Part shown: positions 20,801-36,196 of the stretch, piece after piece
Layout: each line of letters begins with the position of its first letter
How positions within the stretch are numbered: position 1 is the first letter of the stretch
From: Arcobacteraceae bacterium
Lineage (GTDB): Bacteria; Campylobacterota; Campylobacteria; Campylobacterales; Arcobacteraceae
NCBI GenBank assembly: GCA_963662945.1
Contig: OY759974.1
Span: 2,208,001 to 2,272,000, forward strand
Direction: 5' to 3'
Length of the DNA: 64,000 bases
Position numbers and translations under genes: made by a program
Notes under the pieces: model-generated
What the model was told of the DNA's origin: nothing
Database searches by the model: none
What the model saw: only the letters and a program-made list of their open reading frames with translations

Positions 20801-21313
20801 ATGGAAATAAATCAAATACTAGATAAGTACCTTAGCAAAGAAAGATTGTCAGATATTATTTGTAAGTATCAATTATATTATCAAATTGGTCTTGGAAATG
20901 TAGCTTTAGAATCATTACAAGATTTGAAAGAAACTGTCGATAAAATAAATCAATTAAACCTGCAAGTACGTTCAGAGGTAATAATTGACTCTTTAAGTCA
21001 AATAATATCTTCACATCAGGATGATTCAAATTTTGATTTAAATTTTGAATATTATTTACGATATACAGCTTTAGTACATATGTTAGATGATTTTATAAAA
21101 GCAGACAAAGATTTAATCCATCCTGAACCATTTCGTGATTTGATGTATGAACAGATTCAAGATGATGTTTTTTTTACAAAAACAATGCAACAACAATTTG
21201 AAGCTGACTATAAAGCAATATTGCCTTCAATTGCAGCAACAATAACAGTTGATATTGCAAAAGATGTAAAAAAAATTATAGAAGAGATGATAAATACAAA
21301 TAGCATATCATAG
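20801..21313 (+). CDS. Hypothetical protein
   Basis: 170-aa ORF filling the gap between genes, with a TATAAT upstream; no motif recognised. Confidence 0.7.
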   Translation: MEINQILDKYLSKERLSDIICKYQLYYQIGLGNVALESLQDLKETVDKINQLNLQVRSEVIIDSLSQIISSHQDDSNFDLNFEYYLRYTALVHMLDDFIKADKDLIHPEPFRDLMYEQIQDDVFFTKTMQQQFEADYKAILPSIAATITVDIAKDVKKIIEEMINTNSIS

Positions 21314-21453
21314 AAGAAAAGATTAAGTTATAGTTTAATATAATTAGTGTAACAAAATTGATACATCTTAGTTGTATCACAAAATCTCAAGATGAATTAT
21401 TGGATATTTTGCCAATAAACTACTCAAACAAAATCAAAAGGCAACACAATTTA

Positions 21454-22815
21454 ATGGAAGAAACAACTCAGCCAGAAACACAAAACACAGAAGAAACAAA
21501 AAAGAAACCTACTCGAAAAGCAACAGCATCGAAAAAATCAAGAACACATGTGCCTGTAAAAGGTTTAACAATAGAAGTACTACGAGAAAAAACTACACAA
21601 GAACTTATTGATAGTGCAAATGAACTAGAGATTGAAAATCCACAAGAGTATCAAAGACAAGATTTAATCTTTGCAATCCTTGAATCTCAAACAGAACAAG
21701 GTGGATATATTCTTTTTACTGGTATCTTAGATATAAAAGAGGCAGGATTTGGATTTTTAAGACCACTTGATGGAAAATTTAGTGATACATACAGTGATTC
21801 TTATGTAAGTGCTACACAAATTAAAAGATTTGCATTAAGAAGTGGAGATATAGTTTCAGGACAAGTTCGTCCGCCAAGTAAAGAGAGTGAGAAATATTAC
21901 GCACTTTTAAAAATAGAAGCTATTAACTATCTGCCAGTAAACCAATCAAAAAATAGACCATTATTTGACAATCTTACACCATTATATTCAACAGAAAGAT
22001 TTAGATTTGAGTATAATCCAGATAAATTAACAGGTCGGGTAATGGATCTTTTTGCACCTATGGGAAAAGGGCAAAGGGGGCTTATCGTAGCTCAGCCTAA
22101 ATCAGGGAAAACAGAGCTTTTAAAAGAACTTGCCCATGGTATCACAGCAAATCATCCTGATACAACTTTAATGGTATTATTGATTGATGAAAGACCTGAA
22201 GAGGTTACAGATATGCAAAGAAGTGTAAAAGGGGAAGTATATAGTTCTACTTTTGATCTACCTGCTCAAAATCACATTAAAGTTGCCGAAATGGTTATCA
22301 ATAAAGCAAAAAGAGAAGTTGAAATGGGAAAAGATGTAGTAATTCTTCTTGATTCTATTACAAGATTAGCTCGTGCATATAATACCGTAACACCAAGTTC
22401 AGGTAAAGTACTTTCTGGTGGGGTTGATGCAAACGCACTTCATAAGCCAAAAAGATTTTTTGGAGCAGCTAGAAATATAGAAGAGGGTGGTAGTTTAACT
22501 ATTATTGCAACTACTCTTGTAGAAACTGGTTCAAAGATGGATGAAGTTATTTTTGAAGAGTTTAAAGGAACAGGAAACTCAGAAGTAGTTTTAAGTAGAA
22601 AAGCAGCAGAGAGAAGAGTTTATCCAGCAGTTGATGTTGTAAAATCGGGAACTAGAAAAGAAGAGTTACTGCTTCATCCTGATGAGTTACAAAAAATATG
22701 GATACTTAGAAATGCAATGGCTGAAATGGATGAAGTGGAATCATTAAAATTCCTTTACAAAAAAATGAAAGAAACAAAGTCAAATGCTGAGTTTCTAATC
22801 TCAATGAATGGTTAA
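21454..22815 (+). CDS. rho: Transcription termination factor Rho
   Basis: [41 protein letters not shown] motifs; ATG at 21454 preferred. Confidence 0.98.
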   Translation: MEETTQPETQNTEETKKKPTRKATASKKSRTHVPVKGLTIEVLREKTTQELIDSANELEIENPQEYQRQDLIFAILESQTEQGGYILFTGILDIKEAGFGFLRPLDGKFSDTYSDSYVSATQIKRFALRSGDIVSGQVRPPSKESEKYYALLKIEAINYLPVNQSKNRPLFDNLTPLYSTERFRFEYNPDKLTGRVMDLFAPMGKGQRGLIVAQPKSGKTELLKELAHGITANHPDTTLMVLLIDERPEEVTDMQRSVKGEVYSSTFDLPAQNHIKVAEMVINKAKREVEMGKDVVILLDSITRLARAYNTVTPSSGKVLSGGVDANALHKPKRFFGAARNIEEGGSLTIIATTLVETGSKMDEVIFEEFKGTGNSEVVLSRKAAERRVYPAVDVVKSGTRKEELLLHPDELQKIWILRNAMAEMDEVESLKFLYKKMKETKSNAEFLISMNG

Positions 22816-22823
22816 TAGTTTAT

Positions 22824-23297
22824 ATGAAATTTAATAATTTATCTCATAATGAAAAACTAGAAATTCAAAAAAAAGTTTTAGAAGTATTAGAAGTTGTTGG
22901 TGGGAAAAATCATTTTTTAGGACTTATAGAAGATGTGAAAGAGGCTTCTCAACATCCTTTGTTAAATAAAACTGGAAGATACCATTTCCCAAATGGTACA
23001 ATAACTTGGGGTAAACAGATCTTTAAAGAAAAAGTAATAGCTTTAAAAAATATGCTTATTCAACATGACGATGATAATATTCTTACAATAAAAGATGCAA
23101 AGCTACAAAAAGAGGTAGAAAATAGTATTAAAACTCTTGGTAAATTGTTATTTGTTATAGAAACAAAAGATGGACAAAAATTTGAGTTTCAGCCATTTAT
23201 AACTATTAATGAAACAAATGTAGAAATTAATCCAATATTCCAAATTTTATTTTTTGATAGTATCAATAATACAAAAAGAATTTTAAATTATAAATAG
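22824..23297 (+). CDS. Hypothetical protein
   Basis: 157-aa ORF tightly packed between rho and murI. Confidence 0.75.
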   Translation: MKFNNLSHNEKLEIQKKVLEVLEVVGGKNHFLGLIEDVKEASQHPLLNKTGRYHFPNGTITWGKQIFKEKVIALKNMLIQHDDDNILTIKDAKLQKEVENSIKTLGKLLFVIETKDGQKFEFQPFITINETNVEINPIFQILFFDSINNTKRILNYK

Positions 23298-23309
23298 GAG
23301 TTACTTCAT

Positions 23310-24056
23310 ATGAGGGCAGCTGTATTTGATAGTGGAGTTGGTGGTTTAACAGTTGTCAAATCACTACTAGAAAATAAACTTTTTGAAGAGATTATTTATT
23401 TTGGAGATACTGCACGAGTACCTTATGGAGTTAAAGACAAAAATACTATTGTAAGATATTCACTCGAAGCATTGGAGTTTTTCAAAAACTTTGATGTAGA
23501 TATCTTAATAGTTGCTTGTAATAGTGTAAGTGCATATGCTTTAGATGAACTTCGGGCAAATACTACTATACCTGTTATTGGTGTTATTGAATCTGGTGTT
23601 AAAGCACTAGAAAATAAAATATCTTCAAAAGACTCAAATATTTTAGTTATTGGAACTAATGCGACAATTAATTCTAATAGATATGAAATTGCATTGAAAA
23701 AATTAGAATATAAAAATATCACTTCTATAGCAACAGGTCTTTTTGTACCTATTGTAGAAGAAGGTATTTATACTGGTGAAATACTAAACTCAACTATGCA
23801 TCATTATTTTAAAAAATTACAAAGTGTAGATGCAGTGATTTTAGGATGTACACACTTCCCATTAATTGAGAATGAAATTTCACAATATTTAAATAATGCA
23901 GTTACTATACATAGTGGTGATGCGATTGTTGATTTTTTAAAGTTAGAGTATAACTGTATTAATAGATTTGAGACAACAAATATTAAATTTTTTGCTTCAG
24001 AAAATCCAGATAACTTAAAAAATGTTGCAAAAATTTGGCTAAAAGGTTTATTATAA
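23310..24056 (+). CDS. murI: Glutamate racemase
   Basis: FDSGVGGL, VACNS and LGCTHFP motifs. Confidence 0.97.
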   Translation: MRAAVFDSGVGGLTVVKSLLENKLFEEIIYFGDTARVPYGVKDKNTIVRYSLEALEFFKNFDVDILIVACNSVSAYALDELRANTTIPVIGVIESGVKALENKISSKDSNILVIGTNATINSNRYEIALKKLEYKNITSIATGLFVPIVEEGIYTGEILNSTMHHYFKKLQSVDAVILGCTHFPLIENEISQYLNNAVTIHSGDAIVDFLKLEYNCINRFETTNIKFFASENPDNLKNVAKIWLKGLL

Positions 24057-25780
24057 TGGATAATCAAATGACAAAACAAAGACAAGTATTAGCTTTAAAA
24101 TATAGACCAAAAAGATTTGAGGATTTAATTGGTCAAGATACTATTTCAACTACACTGGCTCTGGCTTTAGATACAAACAGATTATCTCATGCTTATCTTT
24201 TAAGTGGTTTAAGAGGAAGTGGAAAAACAAGTACTGCAAGAATTATGGCAAAAGCACTTGTTTGTGAAAATGCACCTACCTCAAAACCTTGTGAGAATTG
24301 TCAAGGATGTAATAGTGCAAATGAAAATAGACATCTTGATATTATAGAGATGGATGCTGCATCAAATCGTGGAATTGATGATATTAAAGAACTTATAGAA
24401 CATACAAAATATAAACCTACTAGTGCAAAATACAAAGTATTTATCATCGATGAAGTTCATATGCTTACTACTCAAGCATTTAATGCACTTTTAAAAACAC
24501 TTGAAGAACCACCTGATTTTGTAAAATTTATTTTAGCGACTACAGATCCTTTAAAATTACCAGCTACAATATTAAGTAGAACGCAACATTTTAGATTTAA
24601 AAAAATTTCTGATAAAAATATCATACATCATTTAAGTCATATTTTACATATTGAGAACATCAGATATGAAGAAGCAGCATTAGAAATTCTTACTCGTGCT
24701 GGACAAGGAAGTTTACGAGATACATTAACATTATTAGATCAAGCTATTATTTACTCAAAAAGCATTATTACTGTTGCTACAGTAACAGATATGTTAGGTA
24801 TGATAGATCCTTTATTTATGGATAATTTATTTGATGTAATTTTAAAAAAAGGTGATATACGCCCAATAATAGAATCGTTAGAAAACTATGAAGTTGGACA
24901 GGTTTTAGATGAAATAGGTATTCATCTAAGACAAAAAATGCTTTTAAATGATGTAAAGTTTGATATATACGTTTTTGATAGATTTTTTAAAATACTTGCA
25001 GATTCAAAACAATTATTAAGTATGAATAGTGATGGAGGTTTTGTTCTTATTTTAACTTTATCTAAAATGGTTGAAGCTGTAAATCTTAATACTATTGATG
25101 AAGTAATTAAACAAGTTCAGAGTGAGCAATTACCTATAAGGGAAGTAGCCCAACCAACAACAATTATAGAAAAAAATATAGAATCACCAGTTTCTCATGA
25201 AAATCTAATAACAGAAGAGAGTTCAAATACTCAATTATCAGAATCTATAATTAATGAAAAAGAAAATGAAATAAACGTAGTTGAACAAGATAACTCACAA
25301 TTATTATTTAAAAAACTTATTGATAATATTTATAATAAAAGTTATGAATTAGGTGAATGTTTCGAAAAAAGTTTTACATATTCATCATATGAAAATAATA
25401 TATTGAAGATAAATAGTGTTGCACAAGGGGATTGTAAAACATTGTTATATAAAAATTTTGCTCATATAAAAATATTTGTTGCAGAAGTTTTTGGAGATGA
25501 AACAGAATTAGAATTTGAAAAAATCCAAAAAGAAGCTACAAAGGAAACAGCCCGGATAGTTCAACCATCTTTTAATAATTCTGTTGGCTCAATGATAGAA
25601 GATATAGAATTGCACGAAGACACTCCTTCAAGTTGTGTTGCAAGTATGAGTGCTATGAAAGAACCAAATTTATCTCAAGTAGAGTTAAATATAGATGATG
25701 TTCTTAACTCAAAAATGGTAAATAGTGCCATTCAACTTTTCCAACCGCGAAATCCGCCAAAAATAAAATCTAAATTATAA
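24056..25780 (+). CDS. dnaX: DNA polymerase III subunit gamma/tau
   Basis: LALKYRP, GLRGSGKT, IEMDAAS, IIDEVHML, LLKTLEEPP motifs; exact start uncertain (24056 or 24068). Confidence 0.96.
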   Translation: MDNQMTKQRQVLALKYRPKRFEDLIGQDTISTTLALALDTNRLSHAYLLSGLRGSGKTSTARIMAKALVCENAPTSKPCENCQGCNSANENRHLDIIEMDAASNRGIDDIKELIEHTKYKPTSAKYKVFIIDEVHMLTTQAFNALLKTLEEPPDFVKFILATTDPLKLPATILSRTQHFRFKKISDKNIIHHLSHILHIENIRYEEAALEILTRAGQGSLRDTLTLLDQAIIYSKSIITVATVTDMLGMIDPLFMDNLFDVILKKGDIRPIIESLENYEVGQVLDEIGIHLRQKMLLNDVKFDIYVFDRFFKILADSKQLLSMNSDGGFVLILTLSKMVEAVNLNTIDEVIKQVQSEQLPIREVAQPTTIIEKNIESPVSHENLITEESSNTQLSESIINEKENEINVVEQDNSQLLFKKLIDNIYNKSYELGECFEKSFTYSSYENNILKINSVAQGDCKTLLYKNFAHIKIFVAEVFGDETELEFEKIQKEATKETARIVQPSFNNSVGSMIEDIELHEDTPSSCVASMSAMKEPNLSQVELNIDDVLNSKMVNSAIQLFQPRNPPKIKSKL

Positions 25781-25784
25781 AGTT

Positions 25785-25812
25785 AAAAAAGCCCTTGAAA
25801 AAGGGCTTTTTT
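25785..25812 (+). terminator. Rho-independent terminator after dnaX
   Basis: AAAAAAGCCCTT-GAAA-AAGGGCTTTTTT. Confidence 0.9.
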
Positions 25813-25875
25813 CATATATGTAAATAGCAGTAAAAAAAGAATTTCAAAATTTCAGCCACACTTAAGCTGTAGCTC

Positions 25876-25904
25876 TTGACAAAGCCAAAAAATTTTATTA
25901 TAAT
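25876..25904 (+). promoter_or_regulatory. sigma70 promoter of the rrn operon
   Basis: Perfect TTGACA-N17-TATAAT followed by a GC-rich discriminator (TCGCGTCC). Confidence 0.92.
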
Positions 25905-25999
25905 TCGCGTCCAATTAAAGTAAGACACTTTAAGAAGAGAGTATAAACGGGTTGTTTAGATTCAATAACTTCAAGAAGAGAGAAAAATTAATTAGGAAA

Positions 26000-26010
26000 A
26001 GTTCTTTAAA
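26000..26010 (+). promoter_or_regulatory. BoxA-like antitermination element in the rrn leader
   Basis: AGTTCTTTAAA; a similar AGTTCTTTAAT occurs in the 16S-23S spacer near 27879. Confidence 0.5.
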
Positions 26011-26059
26011 AAAAATAATGTTAATAAATAAAATCAAGTTTATTTAAATTACTGAGAAG

Positions 26060-26084
26060 TAATCTTTATAAACTAGATACAAGA
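26060..26084 (+). other. 5' arm of the 16S pre-rRNA processing stem
   Basis: TAATCTTTATAAACTAGATACAAGA is complementary to TCTTGCTATCTAGTTTATAAAGATTA at 27902-27927. Confidence 0.8.
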
Positions 26085-26257
26085 AGAATTAAATATAGAG
26101 TAATTTATATTTGATAAACTTCGTCTATAAACTTTATGAGTTTTAGTTTTAAAACTAAAAACAAATAAATATAATTGAATCTTTAAAAAGATTCAGTGAT
26201 TTTTAGGTAAAAACTTAAAAGTCAAGATTAAACAAACCAAACTAAGAGATTAGTTTT

Positions 26258-27774
<1,517 letters not shown>

Positions 27775-28023
27775 CAAAGATATAACTTAACTATTCGTTT
27801 AGTTGAGTTCAATGAATAAAAAGTTATATAATAAGATATAACAAATTGATGTAAAAAATAGTACAACATCGAGACGAAAGTTCTTTAATCTCATAAAGAC
27901 ATCTTGCTATCTAGTTTATAAAGATTATATGAATAATCTTAAAAGAACAGAACATTATTTATTAACAAAGATGTTAAAACATCCTAGTCAATAATGAGAG
28001 ATCATTATTAACTAAGTATTCAT

Positions 28024-28100
28024 GGGCCTATAGCTCAGCTGGCTAGAGCGCTCGACTGATAATCGTGAGGTCACAGGTTCAAGTCCTGTTAGGCCCACCA
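28024..28100 (+). tRNA. tRNA-Ile (GAT)
   Basis: GGGCCTA...TAGGCCC-ACCA, anticodon loop CTGATAA. Confidence 0.97.
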
Positions 28101-28101
28101 T

Positions 28102-28177
28102 GGGGAATTAGCTCAGCTGGGAGAGCGCCTGCCTTGCACGTAGGAGGTCAGCGGTTCGATCCCGCTATTCTCCACCA
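28102..28177 (+). tRNA. tRNA-Ala (TGC)
   Basis: GGGGAAT...ATTCTCC-ACCA, anticodon loop TTGCAC, G3-U70 pair. Confidence 0.97.
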
Positions 28178-28425
28178 TAGGAAAGAGATACAGAAGAAGT
28201 TAAATATTAGTTCTAATTGTAGAATTAATATTTGATTTCAAAAGAGATCAAAGAGTTATTTAAAAACATACTGTTAAAGTCTTTATTTTTCTAAAGAAAA
28301 TAAAAATACAATTTTAAATATTATTTTATTGAAGTTACATTTAATAAGATAGTAGCTAAAGAATAATCATAACAAAGCAAAAAAGAACTGTATTAGCAAT
28401 AATACAAATTCTTCTTTAATTTATC

Positions 28426-31307
<2,882 letters not shown>

Positions 31308-31433
31308 ATAAGATTATCTTTAGTTTACTATCTTATTAAATGTAATAAGATATATTTAGAATGTATTTTTACTTTAGAACAAAGACTTTAACTGTATTAC
31401 TTTATACACAACTTTTAAATGAGACATTTTAAA

Positions 31434-31550
31434 TGTTGGTGGTTATAGAGGAGAGGAAATACCCAGCCCCATTTCGAACCTGGTAGTCAAGCTCTCCATC
31501 GCCGATAATACTGCCGGGTCCCCTGGTGGAAACGTAGGTCGCTGCCAACT
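31434..31550 (+). rRNA. rrf: 5S rRNA
   Basis: GTTGGTGG...CCCATTTCGAAC...GTAGGTCGCTGCCAAC, about 116 nt. Confidence 0.96.
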
Positions 31551-31694
31551 TTTAAGGTGTCTCTTTTTTTTACTTCTTTTTGGAAGCTTTTATGCCTCCT
31601 TTTGCTTTTTTCTATTCTTTTTCTTTTTAAATTTATTACAATTTTGTTATTTTTACTTTTTATTTTTTCTTCAAACTTAATAACTTTACTAATA

Positions 31695-31829
31695 TTATTT
31701 TATATTTTGTAATAATATCTTTTTGTATTGTTTTTTCAATTTTTGTTTTTGCATTACTATACATTGCTTTTGAAGTTTAATAAGACTTTTATATTCTATG
31801 ATTTCTTTTTCTAATTCAATAGCATTCAT
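31695..31829 (-). CDS. Possible small basic coiled-coil protein (44 aa)
   Basis: Hand-translated as MNAIELEKEIIEYKSLIKLQKQCIVMQKQKLKKQYKKILLQNIK*; weak RBS. Confidence 0.3.
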   Translation of the reverse strand: MNAIELEKEIIEYKSLIKLQKQCIVMQKQKLKKQYKKILLQNIK

Positions 31830-31874
31830 TAAATATTCTTTGTTATATTACAAAAAATTTTATTAATTGTATAC

Positions 31875-33074
31875 TTATTGATTTGATATATCAATAATAA
31901 TTATATTATATTTATTTTCATAATATTGCATTAAAAGCTTTTGAAGAGTAGGTTGGTGAGATGGAGTGAACCAAGCATTATTTGATATAGCGATTGCATA
32001 TGGAGTATCCAAATTGTTATAAATTTTATCTGTCGTTGCTTCATAACATATTGCATTTCGAAACTTTGTTCCTTTTATACTAAAAGTTGTTGGTATAGCT
32101 GCTGTAACATAATCTTTTGCACCATTATAAAAAGTGTCATTTACCCAGTTTCTTAATTTTTCAGGAAGTGGTACAGCTTCGCCAAAAGGTACTAATACAA
32201 CTTTATTTGCAACTTCTAAATGTCCATTTTGGAATAGATAAGATGAATTATACAAAAGATTGTCTTTTTCATAGAGTGAACCTGTAAGTATTGATATTTG
32301 TTCTGAATATCGTAAAAGTTTATGGAGTAGTGTATTTTGATGATTTAAAATTAATGGAAAAGCTGTTTCTGGTAATACAATCAAGTCATTTTTATTTTTA
32401 ATGGCAGTTTCTATTGCTTGAAAATTATTGTTTATAATCTCTTGTTTAAACTTTTTATCCCATTTATGTTCTTGTGGTATTTTGGTTTCATATTTGTATA
32501 TTTTAATATTAGGCTGTTCAACAGAATTTTTAGTAATATGATACTTATTGATAAAGAAAAGTATAATAATAACAATAGCATAACATATAGGGATAGTTGT
32601 TTTATATTTATCTTTATATTTTATAAAAAGTCCAGAGATAATAAGTATTACTAGAAATTCTATTTTTGAGGTACCAAGATAGCTATTTATAAATGGAAGT
32701 TCTATTTTAAACCAATTAAATCCAAAAGGCTCTATATAACTTAATAAAAAGATATAGGATATTTTATAATATATATTATTGACTATTCCTATAAAATAGA
32801 AAAGTATAGCATAGAGTAAACCTATACCTATTAGTACAAATGGTATCATAAAAGATAATTCATAATATATAAAACTGTAACTAAGCCACCAGAACCATAA
32901 TATTCCTACAAAAAAACCACTGGCAAATAATTCTTTTTTATTTAGTTGAAATATAAGTAAAAATGCATAAAGTGCAAAGAGTGTATTTATAAGTTTTAGT
33001 GATAGACCAAAATATTCTAAATATACAAATAGCGTTAATAATATGGGTGTAAGGACTGATTTATATGTAAACAT
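31875..33074 (-). CDS. lnt: Apolipoprotein N-acyltransferase
   Basis: TM N-terminus and nitrilase triad (LPETAFP, KVVLVPFGE, AICYE). Confidence 0.93.
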   Translation of the reverse strand: MFTYKSVLTPILLTLFVYLEYFGLSLKLINTLFALYAFLLIFQLNKKELFASGFFVGILWFWWLSYSFIYYELSFMIPFVLIGIGLLYAILFYFIGIVNNIYYKISYIFLLSYIEPFGFNWFKIELPFINSYLGTSKIEFLVILIISGLFIKYKDKYKTTIPICYAIVIIILFFINKYHITKNSVEQPNIKIYKYETKIPQEHKWDKKFKQEIINNNFQAIETAIKNKNDLIVLPETAFPLILNHQNTLLHKLLRYSEQISILTGSLYEKDNLLYNSSYLFQNGHLEVANKVVLVPFGEAVPLPEKLRNWVNDTFYNGAKDYVTAAIPTTFSIKGTKFRNAICYEATTDKIYNNLDTPYAIAISNNAWFTPSHQPTLQKLLMQYYENKYNIIIIDISNQ

Positions 33075-33187
33075 AACTTTATTTTAGCATAATTTATAAA
33101 AAAACAATAAATTATTAAGTTTTTAAATATTAATTAATGTTAGTTTTGTTATGATTTGTCAAATTAAGACAAATAGGAGATTTAGGT

Positions 33188-33460
33188 ATGAACAAAAGTG
33201 AATTAATTGCAGCAGTTGCAGACAAAGCGGGTTTAACAAAAAAAGATGCTGGTGCAGCTTTAGAGGCTACATTAGAAACTATTACAGAAACATTAGCTAA
33301 AGGTGATTCAGTAGCTTTTATTGGTTTTGGTACTTTCAGCACATCTAAAAGAGCTGCTAGAGAAGGTGTTAATCCATCAACTGGTGCTAAAATTAAAATT
33401 GCAGAATCAACTGTTGCAAAATTTAAAGTTGGTGCTAAATTAAAAGAAGCAGTAAAATAG
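33188..33460 (+). CDS. hup: DNA-binding protein HU
   Basis: MNKSELI...GFGTF...RAAREGVNPSTG. Confidence 0.97.
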   Translation: MNKSELIAAVADKAGLTKKDAGAALEATLETITETLAKGDSVAFIGFGTFSTSKRAAREGVNPSTGAKIKIAESTVAKFKVGAKLKEAVK

Positions 33461-33477
33461 TTTTATTATTTATTGTA

Positions 33478-33511
33478 AAAAAAAGGGAAGATGAAAATCT
33501 TCCCTTTTTTT
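33478..33511. terminator. Bidirectional terminator between hup and der
   Basis: A7-GGGAAGAT-GAAA-ATCTTCCC-T7. Confidence 0.92.
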
Positions 33512-33531
33512 ATTTCTCTGAAGAGTAGTGA

Positions 33532-35070
33532 CTAATCCTCATACTCTTCATCATAATATTCAAAATCACCATCCTCTTCTACAAAGTGAGGAAGTACATA
33601 ATCACTCGGAAGTTTAAATTCTTGATATGTAGCTTCAAATTGTTCTTGTTCTGCACTTCGTTCACCTCTACCACGTGCTACAACCCTTAATGGTACCCCT
33701 TCAAAATCAAAAGTATCTCTTAGGAAGTTAATTAAATATCTTTTATATGAAAAGTGCAGTAATTTTGGTTTATTCATAATTACAGCAATTGTTGGTGGGT
33801 TTGTATCAAACTGTGTTGCAAAATATATTCTCAATCGGTTACCATTTGGACTTGGAAGAGAATGTCTTCTTACTGCAAGTTCAATAGTTTTGTTAAGATC
33901 TGATGTTGAAATTCTTCTATGGTAGTTTTCAAATATAGTGAGAAGTTTTTCTTCTAGTTTTTTGATGTTTCTTCCTGTTTTAGCTGAAACTGCTATGATT
34001 GACGCATAGTATAAAAATTTAAATCTTCTTCTTATTTCTTCAACTATTTTCTCATAAGTATCCATATTCTCATCCCATTTATTTAGAACAATAATAGTAC
34101 CTAGTCCAAATTGATCAACAAGTCCAGATATCTTTTCATCTTGATCACTTAAAGGTTGTGAAGCATCTAAAACAACTAAAGCAATGTTTGCCTGAGCTAA
34201 CATATCTTCTGTTCTCATAAGAGCAAACTTTTCAATCCCTTGAATTTTCCCTCTTCTTCGTAATCCAGCTGTATCAATAAAAGTAATTTTTTTATCACCA
34301 ATTTCATAAGTTTCATCTACAGGGTCAATAGTTGTACCAGCTATTGGGCTTACAACTGATCTTTCCTCTCCAATGAGTGCATTTAAAATAGAACTTTTTC
34401 CAACATTTGGTTTTCCAATAATCGCAACTTTAATATGGTTTGGATCAATTTCAACTTTATCTTCTACCTCTACAGTAGGTTCTATTAAGTCCTCTAATTC
34501 CTCTTCGCTTAAGTGGCTTCTTCGTTCATCTTCAATTTCTTGAGCACTTGGAGGTAGTTTTTCATACAACCATTCAAAAAGTTTTTTTGTACCTCTGTTA
34601 TGAGAAACTGAGATTCCAAACATTTGATCTTCATTGATACCAAATTCATAAAAATCCCATAGTCTTTCTAATTCTTTATCATTATCAATTTTGTTTACAA
34701 CTAAAGCTAATTGTTTTCCTAAACCTTGTAATTCATAAAAAAGGTTTCTATCTTCATCATCAGGTATATTTTTACCATCAACCATATATAAAATTATGTC
34801 AGCTTCTTTAGCAGTTTCTATTGCTTTTCTTTTTACATTTGTAAAAATCTTAAATTCACTACCATCTTCCATAATCTCATTTTTTGATTTACTAATTCCA
34901 CCTGTGTCTAACATTAAAGCTTGTCGACCACTAATTTCGATTTCTCTTCTTCTTACATCTCTTGTTGTTCCAGATACATCACTAACTATTGCTACTTTTT
35001 TTCTAGCAAGTCTATTAAACAGTGAACTTTTTCCTACGTTTGGTTGTCCTATTAGGGCTATTTTTATCAT
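33532..35070 (-). CDS. der: Ribosome biogenesis GTPase Der (EngA)
   Basis: Tandem G domains (GQPNVGKS, GKPNVGKS, DTGG/DTAG, NKID/NKWD) and a KH-like C-terminus. Confidence 0.97.
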   Translation of the reverse strand: MIKIALIGQPNVGKSSLFNRLARKKVAIVSDVSGTTRDVRRREIEISGRQALMLDTGGISKSKNEIMEDGSEFKIFTNVKRKAIETAKEADIILYMVDGKNIPDDEDRNLFYELQGLGKQLALVVNKIDNDKELERLWDFYEFGINEDQMFGISVSHNRGTKKLFEWLYEKLPPSAQEIEDERRSHLSEEELEDLIEPTVEVEDKVEIDPNHIKVAIIGKPNVGKSSILNALIGEERSVVSPIAGTTIDPVDETYEIGDKKITFIDTAGLRRRGKIQGIEKFALMRTEDMLAQANIALVVLDASQPLSDQDEKISGLVDQFGLGTIIVLNKWDENMDTYEKIVEEIRRRFKFLYYASIIAVSAKTGRNIKKLEEKLLTIFENYHRRISTSDLNKTIELAVRRHSLPSPNGNRLRIYFATQFDTNPPTIAVIMNKPKLLHFSYKRYLINFLRDTFDFEGVPLRVVARGRGERSAEQEQFEATYQEFKLPSDYVLPHFVEEDGDFEYYDEEYED

Positions 35071-35084
35071 ATATTGTTACCTTT

Positions 35085-36134
35085 TTATTCTACTAATTCA
35101 TTATTTGTTTCAATATGAAGTGTTTGTGTTGGAAAAGCAAAACTTGTTCCGTTTTTTTCTATTATTTTCATTATTTCAAGATATGTGGTTTCTCTTACTT
35201 TCATAAACTCACCCCAATTGATAGTTTTTGTGAAGTAATAACAAAAAATATTTAAACTACTTGAAGCAAATTCACTAAAATACACATGAATTGTTTCTTG
35301 ATGAATATCTTCATTGTTTTCTAACATAGTTTTAATATCTTTTATAATATTTTCTAGTACTTCACCTTTTGTACCATAAGTTACACCAATATTCATCATA
35401 ATTCTTCTTTTACCCATAGCCGACCAGTTTAGGATGGCACTATTAGCTAAAGTAGCATTTGGTACAGTTACAAGTGCTTGTGCAAAAGTTCTTACTTTTG
35501 TACTTCTTATTCCAATTGTTTCAATAGTACCTTCAACTTGAGGTGTTTTTATCCAATCACCTATTTTAAAAGGTCTATCCGTAAATATTACTAAAGAACC
35601 AAATAAGTTAGCAGCTGTATCTTTTGCTGCTAATGCAAATGCCATACCAACAAGACCAATTGATGCCAGAAATCCGCTTACATTGTATCCCCATTCTTGA
35701 AGAACTGCTATAAATCCAATTATAAATATAAAAAATCTAATTGATTTGATAATGAAATTTGCAACATCTGTGCTGATTTTATCACCAAATCTATTAGTGA
35801 TTTTATGAAGATTTGTAGATAAATTCGTAAGGATATTTAATATTCCCCAAAAAATAACTATTATAAATCCTGATCTTAAAATTTGATCTATCACTTGTTG
35901 GATATTATTATCAAAATGTAAAATACTTAATGCTAAATTTGCACCAAAAATAATAAACAAAAAATCTATAGGTTTCTCCACAGACTCCAGTAATTCATCA
36001 TCAAATTTTGTTGCTGTTTTTTTCACAATAGCATAAGAAATTTTTCTAAAAATCACTCTAAAAAATTGAAAGAATGAAAATATTAAAATGGCATAAATAT
36101 ATTTATCTGTACTTGGATTAAAAATCTCTATCAT
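35085..36134 (-). CDS. MscS mechanosensitive channel family protein
   Basis: ALAAKDTAANLFG, DRPFKIGDWI, IGIRST and FAFP motifs. Confidence 0.93.
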   Translation of the reverse strand: MIEIFNPSTDKYIYAILIFSFFQFFRVIFRKISYAIVKKTATKFDDELLESVEKPIDFLFIIFGANLALSILHFDNNIQQVIDQILRSGFIIVIFWGILNILTNLSTNLHKITNRFGDKISTDVANFIIKSIRFFIFIIGFIAVLQEWGYNVSGFLASIGLVGMAFALAAKDTAANLFGSLVIFTDRPFKIGDWIKTPQVEGTIETIGIRSTKVRTFAQALVTVPNATLANSAILNWSAMGKRRIMMNIGVTYGTKGEVLENIIKDIKTMLENNEDIHQETIHVYFSEFASSSLNIFCYYFTKTINWGEFMKVRETTYLEIMKIIEKNGTSFAFPTQTLHIETNNELVE

Positions 36135-36196
36135 CTAAATCTAATTCTCCTTAATAATAATGCGATTTTAACTAAAATTGTATTAAAATCCCGATA

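Noticed and set aside
24056-25780. E. coli-type -1 frameshift in dnaX
   Set aside because: The A-runs at about 24844 and 25365 are not an in-frame A-AAA-AAG with a downstream stem-loop, and A-runs are common in this genome.
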